A DNA stretch of 64,000 bases, taken from the NCBI GenBank assembly GCA_963809485.1, contig CAWEJX010000015.1:128001-192000 (forward strand), read 5' to 3'. The notes beneath the pieces were generated by a model. It made no database searches. It was not told where the DNA came from and worked only from the letters and a program-made list of their open reading frames with translations. Below are positions 52,347 to 62,127 of the stretch, in pieces; within the stretch, counting starts at the first letter, position 1, and the number at the start of each line of letters is the position of its first letter. A program made the translations under genes and the position numbers. The stretch is from an uncultured Acidobacteriota bacterium. Its GTDB lineage: Bacteria > Acidobacteriota > UBA6911.

Positions 52347-53081
52347 CTATAAGGCGGCATTGGAGGACGAAAGGATGCGAAGAGATGTCACGGTTTCATC
52401 GATATCGTTGGCAATAATGTTTCTCTCTTGAAATTCATTGAGTACCTCCACCCTTAGATCCGCTTCCTTGGAGATCTTATCCTCAGACGGCAGAGTGGGA
52501 TCCTTTTTGACATGCTCAATTTCGTTCGTGATTCGCTGCCTGACCTCCGCCAAGTGGGCGGTTTCCGAGTTGAGTTGGACCATCTGATCGTAATATTTCC
52601 CCACCAATCGGTAAAATTCGTCCAAATATTTTTGTGCTGCGGGATCACTGAGCCTGCTTTGCTGATCCTTAAGCAACATCAGCATGTTGTACGCCAGAGC
52701 TCGATTCTTACTGAGGCCGTCGCCTTTGAAATCGACGGCATTCCGGTCAAGTTCGGCCATGAAATCCCGGCTTAGCTCTTTAACTCCCTCTAATTCCTGG
52801 TTGGCAGGGGCACTCCGTACTATCACCTTGTTCGTTTCGTCAAGTCCGATCCCCGGGTTCGAAACGCCTTTTGAATGTCTGTAATAACTATAAATGCATA
52901 GCAGGGAGACGATCACGATAACTGGGATGGCCCAATGCAGGACCGCTCGATTGAAATTCATCGACTTGGAGTCATGGATATCTCCAGGATTACCGGAAGA
53001 CAGCGGAGTGGCACACCTCCGGCAGCGGCGGGCATTTCCCCTGTTGATCAGTTTGCACTTAGGACATCTGATTACACCCAA
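52347..53081 (-). CDS. Hypothetical protein: zinc ribbon, single TM, helical extracytoplasmic domain
   Basis: CPKC..CRRC at the N-terminus, WAIPVIVIVSLLCIYSYY TM. Confidence 0.75.
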   Translation of the reverse strand: MGVIRCPKCKLINRGNARRCRRCATPLSSGNPGDIHDSKSMNFNRAVLHWAIPVIVIVSLLCIYSYYRHSKGVSNPGIGLDETNKVIVRSAPANQELEGVKELSRDFMAELDRNAVDFKGDGLSKNRALAYNMLMLLKDQQSRLSDPAAQKYLDEFYRLVGKYYDQMVQLNSETAHLAEVRQRITNEIEHVKKDPTLPSEDKISKEADLRVEVLNEFQERNIIANDIDETVTSLRILSSSNAAL

Positions 53082-53188
53082 TCACTCATACCTTTCGATA
53101 AGTTCGAGTTGGCGTTCCATGCGGCGGCAGCGGCCGAATCCCGGGCTGCAATAATCACAGAACACCAGTTTCTGAACAAACAGGCGAT

Positions 53189-54667
53189 CTAGGGATCCAT
53201 CCCGCTGGTGATTTCTCTGAATGATAGTTGCGTTAAAGGGATAAGGCCGCTACCCATGTTCAATAGCGAGCCGTCGTAGGATGAAATTTGGCTGTTCCCT
53301 CTGATATCAAAAACCGTGGACGTTCCGAAAGTCCACGCCCCGTCAACCTGGGTTAGATTGGCGATAATTATTCCACCGTGAATGCCGCGATTCATGCCGT
53401 GGGCCCAAAAGTCACCCCCGCCTATCACCAGAACGAGTCCATCAAACTCCACGCTGCCGCCCATGGCGCACATGCCCGTTACCACCAGCAGCCCTGCTCC
53501 CGAGATCCCGCCGGTAGCGCTCAAGTCCCCGCTAACGTAGGTAATTTTGGGATTCGAAACAGTCCCTAGATCTACACCGCCGATCGATCCGTCCGTTATT
53601 ATATTATCCGCCACTCGAGGCACCTGGTTATACGCAAAGTCCTGCAGCCAGGCAGGATCCCGCAAGTTCGCTTTTGCGGGATCGGCCATCACACTGGCGG
53701 TGATGTCGGCAATGCAATTAGACGCATCGGCTCCTGTGCAATTTCCGGTGATATTTCCTTTACCTCCTGTGGCAGTTTTCAGGATCTGGTCGGGATAATA
53801 AGCATCCGTCAGATCCGTGTCGATGGTTGCAAGTCCCGGCCCGTCGCTGGTGCCGGTGATGTCAAAGGCGTTTCCCGAAAAATTCGCGTCCACATCGCTT
53901 CCGATTACTATCGCCGGTGAGCCCATGTTGCTAAACGGGGCACCACCCTGTATGAATCTGGATTCAAATATCGCGACCGAATTCCGGCGCCTATTGGCTC
54001 CGGCGCTGTCTGAGATTGTTCCTGCAACCCCAACGGAGCGGACGATGATAATTCCATCCCCGTCAACGAAAGGATTATCCGCCGGATCCCGGGCCAGTTC
54101 CGATGCCTCGCCGTTGTTGTCGGTAACTTTAACGAAATATCGAGCTGTGTTCACCGTCCCCGATCCGTATGGATTTGTGGAAGTGAAAAGGACGCCGGTT
54201 CGGGGTATCAGCACTGTTCCCGAGCCCGTAGTGACAAGCCCATCATCGTTAAGGGAGCTGAGATCGCTTGCAGGATCCGGAAGGTTCAGCGATTGGAATG
54301 TGGCCCAGCCGGTCAGGTTGCGAAAGCTGGCGAAACGGGCGATGCTGAGATATTCCGTTGTGTTGGTGTAAGTTCCATCCGGCCCCTTAAGGGCATCGTT
54401 AAACGAAAGCCCGCGTAGAACCTCGCGTGCATGCTCGAGGCCGGCGCGGGCTGCCCACCTTGCCTGCAACATGCTTTCGCTGTTGTCGCTTATTTTCACC
54501 TCCTCGACACTGCTCATGAACAGATATGCGGAAAACATGGTTAGCAGCAAAAGCGCGATCATGACAAGAACCATCGCGATCCCCTGCTCATCCTTAAGCC
54601 CTCGATGATCAGCGCTGTCGAGTTCGGAGTTCTTAGGCAGATTTGGTTGAGAGGTAATTGTCTTCAT
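53189..54667 (-). CDS. pilX: PilX-like minor pilin with a large Gly/Thr/Asp-rich C-terminal domain
   Basis: EQG|IAMVLVMIALLLL (no Glu5), A.WAARAGLE PilX N-terminal motif, IIVRSVG. Confidence 0.8.
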   Translation of the reverse strand: MKTITSQPNLPKNSELDSADHRGLKDEQGIAMVLVMIALLLLTMFSAYLFMSSVEEVKISDNSESMLQARWAARAGLEHAREVLRGLSFNDALKGPDGTYTNTTEYLSIARFASFRNLTGWATFQSLNLPDPASDLSSLNDDGLVTTGSGTVLIPRTGVLFTSTNPYGSGTVNTARYFVKVTDNNGEASELARDPADNPFVDGDGIIIVRSVGVAGTISDSAGANRRRNSVAIFESRFIQGGAPFSNMGSPAIVIGSDVDANFSGNAFDITGTSDGPGLATIDTDLTDAYYPDQILKTATGGKGNITGNCTGADASNCIADITASVMADPAKANLRDPAWLQDFAYNQVPRVADNIITDGSIGGVDLGTVSNPKITYVSGDLSATGGISGAGLLVVTGMCAMGGSVEFDGLVLVIGGGDFWAHGMNRGIHGGIIIANLTQVDGAWTFGTSTVFDIRGNSQISSYDGSLLNMGSGLIPLTQLSFREITSGMDP

Positions 54668-54692
54668 GGTTTTATCCCAATCGCTTTTGCTG

Positions 54693-55217
54693 CTAAAAGG
54701 GAGCCGGAGCTGCCTTGTAGGGAGGGGTTTGACGGATTAGACCGCCCCTGTCTACAAGAATGTCCACGCGCAGCCCACTGGGAGAAATCAGCCTGATGCG
54801 TCCGGCAGAACCATTTCCTGAAACCGGCAGAGTCCCATCAGGCTGAAATGTCACGTAGCTGCCGGGGAAAGTAACCGCATCGACGCCATCAGCGGTATTC
54901 AGGCTGATACCTTTGGGCAAGTAATAGGGCCCCCTGAGCAGCGTGCCGTCCGACAATTCCACCTGATAGAACCTTGCATTGGAAAAGTTGACACGAAGGG
55001 GTTCATTGCCGGATACCGCCTTGAGTTTAGCCGAATGCAGATAGGTGCAGATCTCTTGAGCCGAGAAAACAGTGCTGTAACTGTTCCACATGGCTATCAC
55101 TCCGGGCACGGCCATAGCGGCAATGATCCCGGCGACACATAGAACGACTGTTATTTCAACGAGCGAAAACCCGGCATTTTGGGGCCAGCCTGAGGCACGT
55201 CCATTCATTTGCATCAC
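54693..55217 (-). CDS. fimT: FimT/GspH-like minor pilin
   Basis: AG|FSLVEITVVL, L.SAKLKAV, VTFQPDG. Confidence 0.8.
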   Translation of the reverse strand: MMQMNGRASGWPQNAGFSLVEITVVLCVAGIIAAMAVPGVIAMWNSYSTVFSAQEICTYLHSAKLKAVSGNEPLRVNFSNARFYQVELSDGTLLRGPYYLPKGISLNTADGVDAVTFPGSYVTFQPDGTLPVSGNGSAGRIRLISPSGLRVDILVDRGGLIRQTPPYKAAPAPF

Positions 55218-55855
55218 CCTAGATTCGGCAGTGCGGCAACGCCGGCAAGAGTAAAGCCAAAGGTCTTTCCTGTACGAGGATTGGCCACGGACGAAGATCC
55301 GTTGATCGTAATCCTTATTGCTCTGACGTCGGCCCCAACCGTTGTAGCCGTCCCATTGTTGTCCAGATATTCCAGAGTTAAGCCGGATATGTAGTTTGCC
55401 AGAGTCTGAACCGTTCCGTCCGCGGCAACAAGCTCAATGCTTTGATCATCCGAATTATATTGGATTGTTATATCTTCATTCGCGTCCAGGATGTCGCCAT
55501 CCGGATCACCCTGGTTGCCTCCTGCCTATCCGGTCAAATCGCTGCAGAGCCGCACTTCGGTCGCGCTTCCTGTTGACACGGGCGTTAACGAAGTTGACAT
55601 CGGATTGTTGCCTGCCTGCACGATGTAACGCTCCAGAGCGCTCATGGCCACCCGGGTATTTTCCATTACGCTCAGAACCTCTGTTTGATATCCCGAGTTG
55701 CTTTGCACATCGGCCAACATCATAAAAACGCCTGAGGACAGACCCAGAATGACCGCCATGGAGACCAGGAACTCCACGAGTGAAAAACCACTCTCTTTCA
55801 ATATCCCCTGATCGCAGGGCAACGGCGCAATGAACTGCTTTCTTGTTTTTTTCAT
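55214..55855 (-). pseudogene. pilW: PilW-like minor pilin interrupted by an in-frame TAG (55526-55528)
   Basis: SG|FSLVEFLVSM..QAGNNP..SDLTG*AGGNQGDPDGDILDANEDITIQY..LANYISGLTLEYLD..DVRAIRITI..LPNLG; the final TGA overlaps the fimT GTG. Confidence 0.82.
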
Positions 55856-56385
55856 CAGCCCCTGTAACTGAAAATGGTTGTTACATTAATTACCTTATTT
55901 TGTCCGACCTTGTTGTTTACCGTTGTCCCGGACCCTGTCCCGGACCTGATCGGCGTTACTGTAACGGTCACCCGGACCGCCCGTAATACCTTGCCCACCC
56001 TGGCGTCCGGCACGGCGGCGACCGTCCAAGCCACGCTATAACGGTTCATTGTATTTTCGTCGTTGGGATTGACGATTTCGACCTGGACGGGGCCATGATT
56101 TCCAACCGTTAGATTTGCATCGCCGGCATTTTCCTTGTACAAGCGCGCCAGAGTTTCCAATTGATTGTTTGCCGCGAATCCGGCAGTGTCCTTGGACCGG
56201 GCAAGCGTAGTTGATTGAATTGAGCTAAAAATCATCGGTCCAACAAACATCAGACCGAGGGCGAGGATAAGCATGGCCATCAGAGATTCAACCAGGCTGA
56301 AGCCTTCCGAACCGGCAGGGTTATAATCCGGCATGGCTTTTCTATCGAATGTTTCGACAGCTGGAATCTCCAAGATCATTTCCAT
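55855..56385 (-). CDS. pilV: PilV-like minor pilin
   Basis: EG|FSLVESLMAMLIL, ANNQLETL, YSVAWTV, VTVTVTP. Confidence 0.82.
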   Translation of the reverse strand: MEMILEIPAVETFDRKAMPDYNPAGSEGFSLVESLMAMLILALGLMFVGPMIFSSIQSTTLARSKDTAGFAANNQLETLARLYKENAGDANLTVGNHGPVQVEIVNPNDENTMNRYSVAWTVAAVPDARVGKVLRAVRVTVTVTPIRSGTGSGTTVNNKVGQNKVINVTTIFSYRG

Positions 56386-56477
56386 ATGCGCATATATCCT
56401 TGGAATGGAATCATGCCATCCCCGTCACCCCGGTATCATCCCTGTTGGGACGCACCTGTTGCATAGCATCAAGGAGA

Positions 56478-56493
56478 AGCAAGAATCGTGCCG
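56478..56493 (-). promoter_or_regulatory. Sigma54 (-24/-12) promoter of the pilVW-fimT-pilX cassette
   Basis: Minus strand CGGCACGATTCTTGCT is GG-N10-GC, close to consensus TGGCACGnnnnTTGCW, ~90 bp upstream of pilV. Confidence 0.8.
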
Positions 56494-56682
56494 GTTTCAG
56501 GCACAACAACACACAATAACTCATTCCTGCAAATGACTAGTTCCAAGGAACTTACGACGGAGAAAATATTCCCCATAATCCGGCGGGCCTTTTTAGGCAG
56601 TGGACTATGCTGATTCACAGCGTGTCCTATGCTGAAAATCAGCCATCGTAAATTTAACATCAAAAAAAGACCGCATTTTGGC

Positions 56683-56699
56683 AAGAGTGTCACACTCTT
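56683..56699. promoter_or_regulatory. Perfect 8-1-8 palindrome, candidate upstream activator site
   Basis: AAGAGTGT-C-ACACTCTT, ~190 bp upstream of the sigma54 site. Confidence 0.45.
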
Positions 56700-57247
56700 C
56701 TCCCCAGATTCAGCACACTTCCTGTCCGTATAAAACAATTATCGGCAGCAATGCCCATAAATATGAGCAATAGTTTTTAGAAGCTTACGCCAAAAATCGT
56801 ATATCCGATTAGTTTAACAAAACGGAGTATCGTCATCCTGCATGGAGGAGTTCAGAAATTTAACCGATGGCGCCGTCGGCCCGGCGATGGGTATGCTCCC
56901 CTTTGATATTGGGGCAGCGCCGGACAACTGGACGTTTGACGAATCGACGAGATGACAGGGGGCTAAAAAGACGATGATGAAACAGGAGCAATTCCATTGG
57001 TAAACCCCCGGATCTGCGGACTCATAGAGTCTGACAGCACCGTCTTTTGAAACGCTGAGATGCGCTGACAAAAGCGCTGACAAACGCCGATTTGTTCGGC
57101 GAGGGTCGGCGAGCAAAAGCCGATGAGGAGCTTCCGATGGAGTTTTCAGGGCACTGTGGCAAGCGCCGTACGGCAAGGAGATGGAGGGTATGAGAAACCG
57201 TACGTTTGCCCGCGTAAGTCAGCGTTGAAGACCGGAGTATCTACCCC

Positions 57248-57300
57248 AACCGCTTTGATCGGTTCAGATCTTGCCTCCGGCTTTGCCGGAGCCACCTGAC
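57248..57300 (+). mobile_element. Possible orphan IS200/IS605-type end hairpins
   Basis: AACCG-CTTTGAT-CGGTT followed by CTCCGGC-TTT-GCCGGAG, resembling recalled IS200-like right ends; no transposase nearby. Confidence 0.45.
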
Positions 57301-57353
57301 CTTATTTATGCGGCATTGCTTATATTGCCATGTATAGAAACTGGTTAAGGTTC

Positions 57354-59786
57354 TCAGCGTATCTCAATTAACCTTATGGCATAGCCGGGCTCCTCCATAA
57401 TTATTTTCAGATTCTCCCCGTTTTGCTCAATAAATTTTGTTAATGCCCGATATTTGGTCCTTAATGTCTTTCCCCGCGTTTTGTCAATCTGGGGCGTATT
57501 GGTGTCAATGATCAGGTATTTAAAGCCGGCATTTTTAAAACGCGCGATGGTTTTTTTATCGTCACGATCGCGAGTAAGATACATAAAAATATCAAGCTGA
57601 TTATCGTCGAGCACAAGTCTGTCATTTTGATGAATGAAGTATTTAATGAAGGTTCCCACTCTATATATTTTCGGCGGATTTTCTTTATTCGCGTCAATAT
57701 CACTGTTAATTATCTTGGAGATATTCAAATATACCGGTATCAATTTTTTCATGTACCCATTTTCATCCATGACTCCTCTGGCATAGGCAAGACCGACAGG
57801 ACTAATGGAAAAGGCTGGTGATGATACTGTTCTCAGACTGATGGCACAAACAAACCAAACAATTAATGCAATGTTCGTTGCATATCGCAAAAACGTCCAA
57901 TAAGGGTTTTTTAGCCGATGAATTACCGCAACGATGAGAATAAGCAAAAAGATGAATCCCCCGTAGCCGTACCAAATCACTCCTTTCGCAATAATTGCCC
58001 ACAATATCCAATACATTGATCCTGCGATTAGTATTTCTTGCCACAGCTGTCGAGAGTTTGTCTCTTCGTTTACAGATGTTCTTACATAAGTGATAAATAT
58101 TAGAGGTACTATTGCGAGAAATATGTAACCAATATCCACATATGCCCCGGAAACAACCGGATTGAAGGTAACGGTAAAGGGAAGCAAAAGATATTTCCTT
58201 ATTCCATGATCAAAACCGAGATATCGGCCCTGTTCCTCATGCACGCCGGTTGATGATATATCCGGCAATTGCCCCAAATTGCCGTTGACAGGAGGATTCA
58301 TCGCGATGACAGGCGCCCTGCTTTTCCCGAATCGCAGGGATTGCATGGATATCTGTCCGGTTTCAGCAATATTCTTAATCCCGTATGGCATGAAAGGCGT
58401 CCATATACATGCCATGAAAACCAGCATCGCCAGAAAGCTTTTTCTCTCCTTTCTTTTGATCATATAAAGCAGGGCGTAGAGCCACAGGATCACTATAAAG
58501 AACAGCGCCGTGTATTTAATGGTAAATGCAAATCCCATAAAAAGTCCGCTCAACCACAGGGATTTCAACTCAGGTTGTCCTCCTTTCCTCCATGACAGAA
58601 AAGAAATAAAGGCAAGCAGCATAAAAAACAGGGCGCCTAAATCCACCTTCATGTCACTGGATGATTGGTACATAACCGTGGGTAATGTGTAAAAAAGCGT
58701 TGCAGCAAATAAAGCGTAGGCATTTGCCTGCGATTTAGAGATATTTCGATGCTCACAACAGGATTGGACAGTCACATAAATACCTGCAAAAGCGAGGATT
58801 CCACCCAGAAAAGAGAGAAAAGAAGCTATGGTGGCGCTATGAAAAAGCACATACCCCAGACTCATGAAAAGTCCCCAGGAGTAGGCCTCTATACCGCCGA
58901 GCAATTCCCCCCGCTGAGCGAGCAAATTCGGAACATTCATATAGACTGCAGTATCATCCCATCCGATTGGAATAGGGCGGATTAATTCAAGGACATTGTG
59001 ACTGAGCACAATCGAAAACAGAAAAAAGAGCAGGATGCGCACATCGGCATAAGGCCCCCGAAAATGCATTTGAGCCCTGAAAAAGGCTTTGAGCCACTGC
59101 CATAATTCTTTATGTGCCAGTGATAAAAATAAAATTACTATTAGCCAGACGGGGGCGCCTCGCAACCAGCCGAACAAGCCCAAAACAAAAAGTGTGAAAG
59201 TAATGAGAACCGCTCCAATGCCGAAAGATAAAAGGAATAACTTGAGACTATAGGGTTCGTCGCGTTTCAGGCGGCTGAAGGCATATTTCCCTATGGAAGC
59301 ACAAATCAAAAGAATGAAGCCAAGGGCGGCAAGTATGAAGCCATAATGAGAAAATATGCCCGGGTAGGGCGTTATGAAAGCACCTGCGTAAATTTGATAG
59401 AATCCGAACCATATGAAAGCAATAAGAAAAAATATAAAGGAAAAAATGATCATCAGTATGAAGGGCGAAAACTTTATATCAATGTTTCTCTCCTTGGCAT
59501 ACAAACGCCTCCATAAACAAAACAGGAAGTAGTCGCCACTGATAACCACGACCATAGACAATAGGGGATAGATTTCCAAGCTTCGCCCAAGGATGGAATG
59601 GAAGATGTGAATGTAATATTGGTGACTAGTTCTCCAGACTATCTGTCCATCCGCAACGCTGACAAAATAGGAGACCGCAACGCAGATAACCCATAGCGCC
59701 CCGATTATGTGCATGAAGATGCCAGCTTGATATTTCACAAAGAAGCCTTTTTTAACTATCCCGGCTCGCGGGATACGGGCCGCCAT
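57354..59786 (-). CDS. Large polytopic GT-C-like protein, AT-rich
   Basis: PIPIGWDDTAVYMNVP, DMKVDLG, FTIKYT, PYGIKN..TG, WYG; more than 14 TMs plus a C-terminal YLIID domain. Confidence 0.75.
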   Translation of the reverse strand: MAARIPRAGIVKKGFFVKYQAGIFMHIIGALWVICVAVSYFVSVADGQIVWRTSHQYYIHIFHSILGRSLEIYPLLSMVVVISGDYFLFCLWRRLYAKERNIDIKFSPFILMIIFSFIFFLIAFIWFGFYQIYAGAFITPYPGIFSHYGFILAALGFILLICASIGKYAFSRLKRDEPYSLKLFLLSFGIGAVLITFTLFVLGLFGWLRGAPVWLIVILFLSLAHKELWQWLKAFFRAQMHFRGPYADVRILLFFLFSIVLSHNVLELIRPIPIGWDDTAVYMNVPNLLAQRGELLGGIEAYSWGLFMSLGYVLFHSATIASFLSFLGGILAFAGIYVTVQSCCEHRNISKSQANAYALFAATLFYTLPTVMYQSSSDMKVDLGALFFMLLAFISFLSWRKGGQPELKSLWLSGLFMGFAFTIKYTALFFIVILWLYALLYMIKRKERKSFLAMLVFMACIWTPFMPYGIKNIAETGQISMQSLRFGKSRAPVIAMNPPVNGNLGQLPDISSTGVHEEQGRYLGFDHGIRKYLLLPFTVTFNPVVSGAYVDIGYIFLAIVPLIFITYVRTSVNEETNSRQLWQEILIAGSMYWILWAIIAKGVIWYGYGGFIFLLILIVAVIHRLKNPYWTFLRYATNIALIVWFVCAISLRTVSSPAFSISPVGLAYARGVMDENGYMKKLIPVYLNISKIINSDIDANKENPPKIYRVGTFIKYFIHQNDRLVLDDNQLDIFMYLTRDRDDKKTIARFKNAGFKYLIIDTNTPQIDKTRGKTLRTKYRALTKFIEQNGENLKIIMEEPGYAIRLIEIR

Positions 59787-59811
59787 TTAAGGACAGGATC
59801 ATTCGTCCATC

Positions 59812-60164
59812 TCAGCGGGATAGCTTGTCTATTTGCGCCTTGAGAATACTGTTATTCTGCGCCAGGTTTTTTACCTGGTCGCTTAACCGCGATATTTTGA
59901 TTGAAAAATGCAGCGAAATCAAAACCAGAAAAACTATGCCGAAAATAAACAGGGTGGTGGTAGGCGCCACGGCCCCGAGCAAGGCCTTGTCAGTTTGACG
60001 AGCAGGTCGTACCAGACGACCAGAAGAGTTAAAGCAAAACCGGTCAGCAGCCACAACCATGAATATTCTTCATGCAATTTTCTGTTTCGCACGAGGCAGA
60101 TGATTACAGCAAAAATCGATAGACTGATAAAGACGGCAGCAATCTTCTGATGGAGCGTCATCAA
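59812..60164 (-). CDS. DUF2304 (GacJ-like) protein; one apparent indel near 59987
   Basis: LVRNRKLHEEYSWLWL (59934..60164) continues in another frame as ALLGAVAP..HFSIKISRLSDQVKNLAQ. Confidence 0.85.
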
Positions 60165-60174
60165 GGTACGCCTC

Positions 60175-60918
60175 CTATATGCTTGATTTCTTTCTTAACA
60201 GAGTCATCAAGATGGCCAGAAAAACGTTGAAGAAATAATGACTGATCCTGATAATACCCCGATGCATGCTCCTGCCTTCGGGGTTCGGCTGCATCCTTAC
60301 AGGTAGTTCCCGCAGCTTGAAGCCCTTGCGATGCAGGTCGATAATAGTATTGGCATCGGGGTAATGGTAAGGGAAGCCGTCTTCTGTAAAATATCGAAAT
60401 ACTGCACGATTCATGCACCGATAGCCGGACGTCGGATCTGTAATGGTTTCGGCCACCAGCAACTTGATAATCTTTCGGAATAAACTGATTGCCATCGACT
60501 TAAACAGGCCCGTCGTCTGCTTGTCGTTTTTCAGAAAGCGGGAGCCAATTGCCATATCACACCGGCGATCTTCAATCATGGCGAACAAATCCGGGATATG
60601 GGAGGGATGATGCTGGCCGTCGCCATCGATCTGCAGAAGAGTCTCATAGTTGTTCATCAGCGCATATTTATATCCCGTCTGCACGGCCACGCCGGCGCCC
60701 ATATTGAAGGGGTGGCGGAGCAGAAGGGCGCCCGCTGAGGCGGCGCGCTCTGCGGTCCGGTCTTCGGAACCGTCATCGATGACCACGATATCCGCCTGGC
60801 TGTACTGCCTGACGCCTTCGATGACGGCGGCAATCTGCTTCTCTTCGTTGTAAGCGGGAATGATGATCAATCTTTTTGTTTGCAATGATTGGCCCCGGTT
60901 TTTGTTCCTAGGATCCAT
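60175..60918 (-). CDS. DPM1/GacI-like GT2, candidate polyprenol-phosphate glycosyltransferase
   Basis: IIIPAYNEE, IDDGSED, HPFNMG.G.AVQTGY, QIDGDGQH, IGSRF, TDPTSGYR; directly followed by DUF2304. Confidence 0.9.
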   Translation of the reverse strand: MDPRNKNRGQSLQTKRLIIIPAYNEEKQIAAVIEGVRQYSQADIVVIDDGSEDRTAERAASAGALLLRHPFNMGAGVAVQTGYKYALMNNYETLLQIDGDGQHHPSHIPDLFAMIEDRRCDMAIGSRFLKNDKQTTGLFKSMAISLFRKIIKLLVAETITDPTSGYRCMNRAVFRYFTEDGFPYHYPDANTIIDLHRKGFKLRELPVRMQPNPEGRSMHRGIIRISHYFFNVFLAILMTLLRKKSSI

Positions 60919-61985
60919 TTTATAAAATGCCAGTACTTGTTCATTGAATAATTCACCAGTGCAAGCTTCCAGTCGCCGATCTCTTCATACCATACCCGAC
61001 CGCTGAACATTCCCACAATATCCCGATCCTTCACCCTGCGCAATGACTGTGAATTGCGCCGCGCCGCCAGGAGGTAATTCCAGCTTTCGAAGCTCAGGAA
61101 GTATTTATAAACCCTTAATTTTTCTCTGAACCATCCCCTCTGCACGGAGAACAGCAACAATCCGAACTCCATAATGACAAAAGGCAATGAAACTAAAAAT
61201 AGGGTGGACAACTGGTAATTTTTGATTATTGCCAGCAGGCGATTTCGATCAAGCCAGTAATATTTCCGGGCGTCCTCGGCAAACGAATGCTTGTGATAGA
61301 CGACTGCCTGCGGAGCTAAAACGCAACGCCGGCCGGCAAGCCGGATCCGCCAGCCCAAATCGTGGTCCTCATTATACAACTGGAATTCTTCGTCAAAGAG
61401 GCCCGTTGTCTCCAGAACCTCTTTTTTATAAAGGACAGCCGCACCCGAGGGGCAGCAGATTTCCTTAACGGGTTGGGAACGAGTTCCAGCATACTCTTCA
61501 CCGTATCCCTCGCAATACCCAAATCCCAGAAAGTGGATAACGTTCCCCAGGCTGTTGACCTTCCGTCTATCGGGCCAAAACATGATTCTCGCCTGCACCG
61601 CCCCTATGGCGGCATCACTTTCCGCCGTTTCCACCAAACGGCTCACACAGCCCGCCTCGATGATCGTGTCCATATTGAACAGTACGATGAAATCAAAACC
61701 CTCCCGCAAAGCCTGCCGCATGGCATCGTTGTTTCCCTTGGCAAAGCCGTCGTTGTTTGCATTCCGGATTATCTCCGCTTCCGGCGCCGTTTCCTTCAGG
61801 AAGGCAAAGCTTGCCTCAGTAGACTGATTGTCCGTGATGAAGAGTTTTGTTTCACCGCCCCAGTCCTGTCTCCTCAGGCTTTCAATACAATCAGCCAAAT
61901 ATTCCCGGCCGTGATCGCCAAAATTGGGGCTGATGACGATGGCTGCTTTTTTCCCCCGCCTTAAGGGCATAATGTAAACTTCCAA
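60867..61985 (-). CDS. GT2 glycosyltransferase (WbbL/rhamnosyltransferase-like)
   Basis: TDNQS, NDGFAKGNN, LFNMD, SGAA, GLFDEEF.LYNED.DLGWR, RNRL. Confidence 0.9.
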   Translation of the reverse strand: MEVYIMPLRRGKKAAIVISPNFGDHGREYLADCIESLRRQDWGGETKLFITDNQSTEASFAFLKETAPEAEIIRNANNDGFAKGNNDAMRQALREGFDFIVLFNMDTIIEAGCVSRLVETAESDAAIGAVQARIMFWPDRRKVNSLGNVIHFLGFGYCEGYGEEYAGTRSQPVKEICCPSGAAVLYKKEVLETTGLFDEEFQLYNEDHDLGWRIRLAGRRCVLAPQAVVYHKHSFAEDARKYYWLDRNRLLAIIKNYQLSTLFLVSLPFVIMEFGLLLFSVQRGWFREKLRVYKYFLSFESWNYLLAARRNSQSLRRVKDRDIVGMFSGRVWYEEIGDWKLALVNYSMNKYWHFIKWILGTKTGANHCKQKD

Positions 61986-62127
61986 TATTTTATGGCGATT
62001 TAGACTCTATATTATTACTGATAGATTTTATCGCGCCATTTTGTTAAAAATAACTTCAAATGGCTTGAGCTGAATATAAATGATTGAAAAACCTTTAGTT
62101 ATGCAGGTTTCACAGTGAAGGAAAATC

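Noticed and set aside
55526-55528. Genome-wide TAG recoding
   Set aside because: Several intact genes here end normally at TAG (e.g. 17377, 25296, 37180, 42440, 53189).
56469-57176. ORFs 56469..56738 and 56814..57176
   Set aside because: No motifs; they overlap promoter and repeat elements and are probably spurious.
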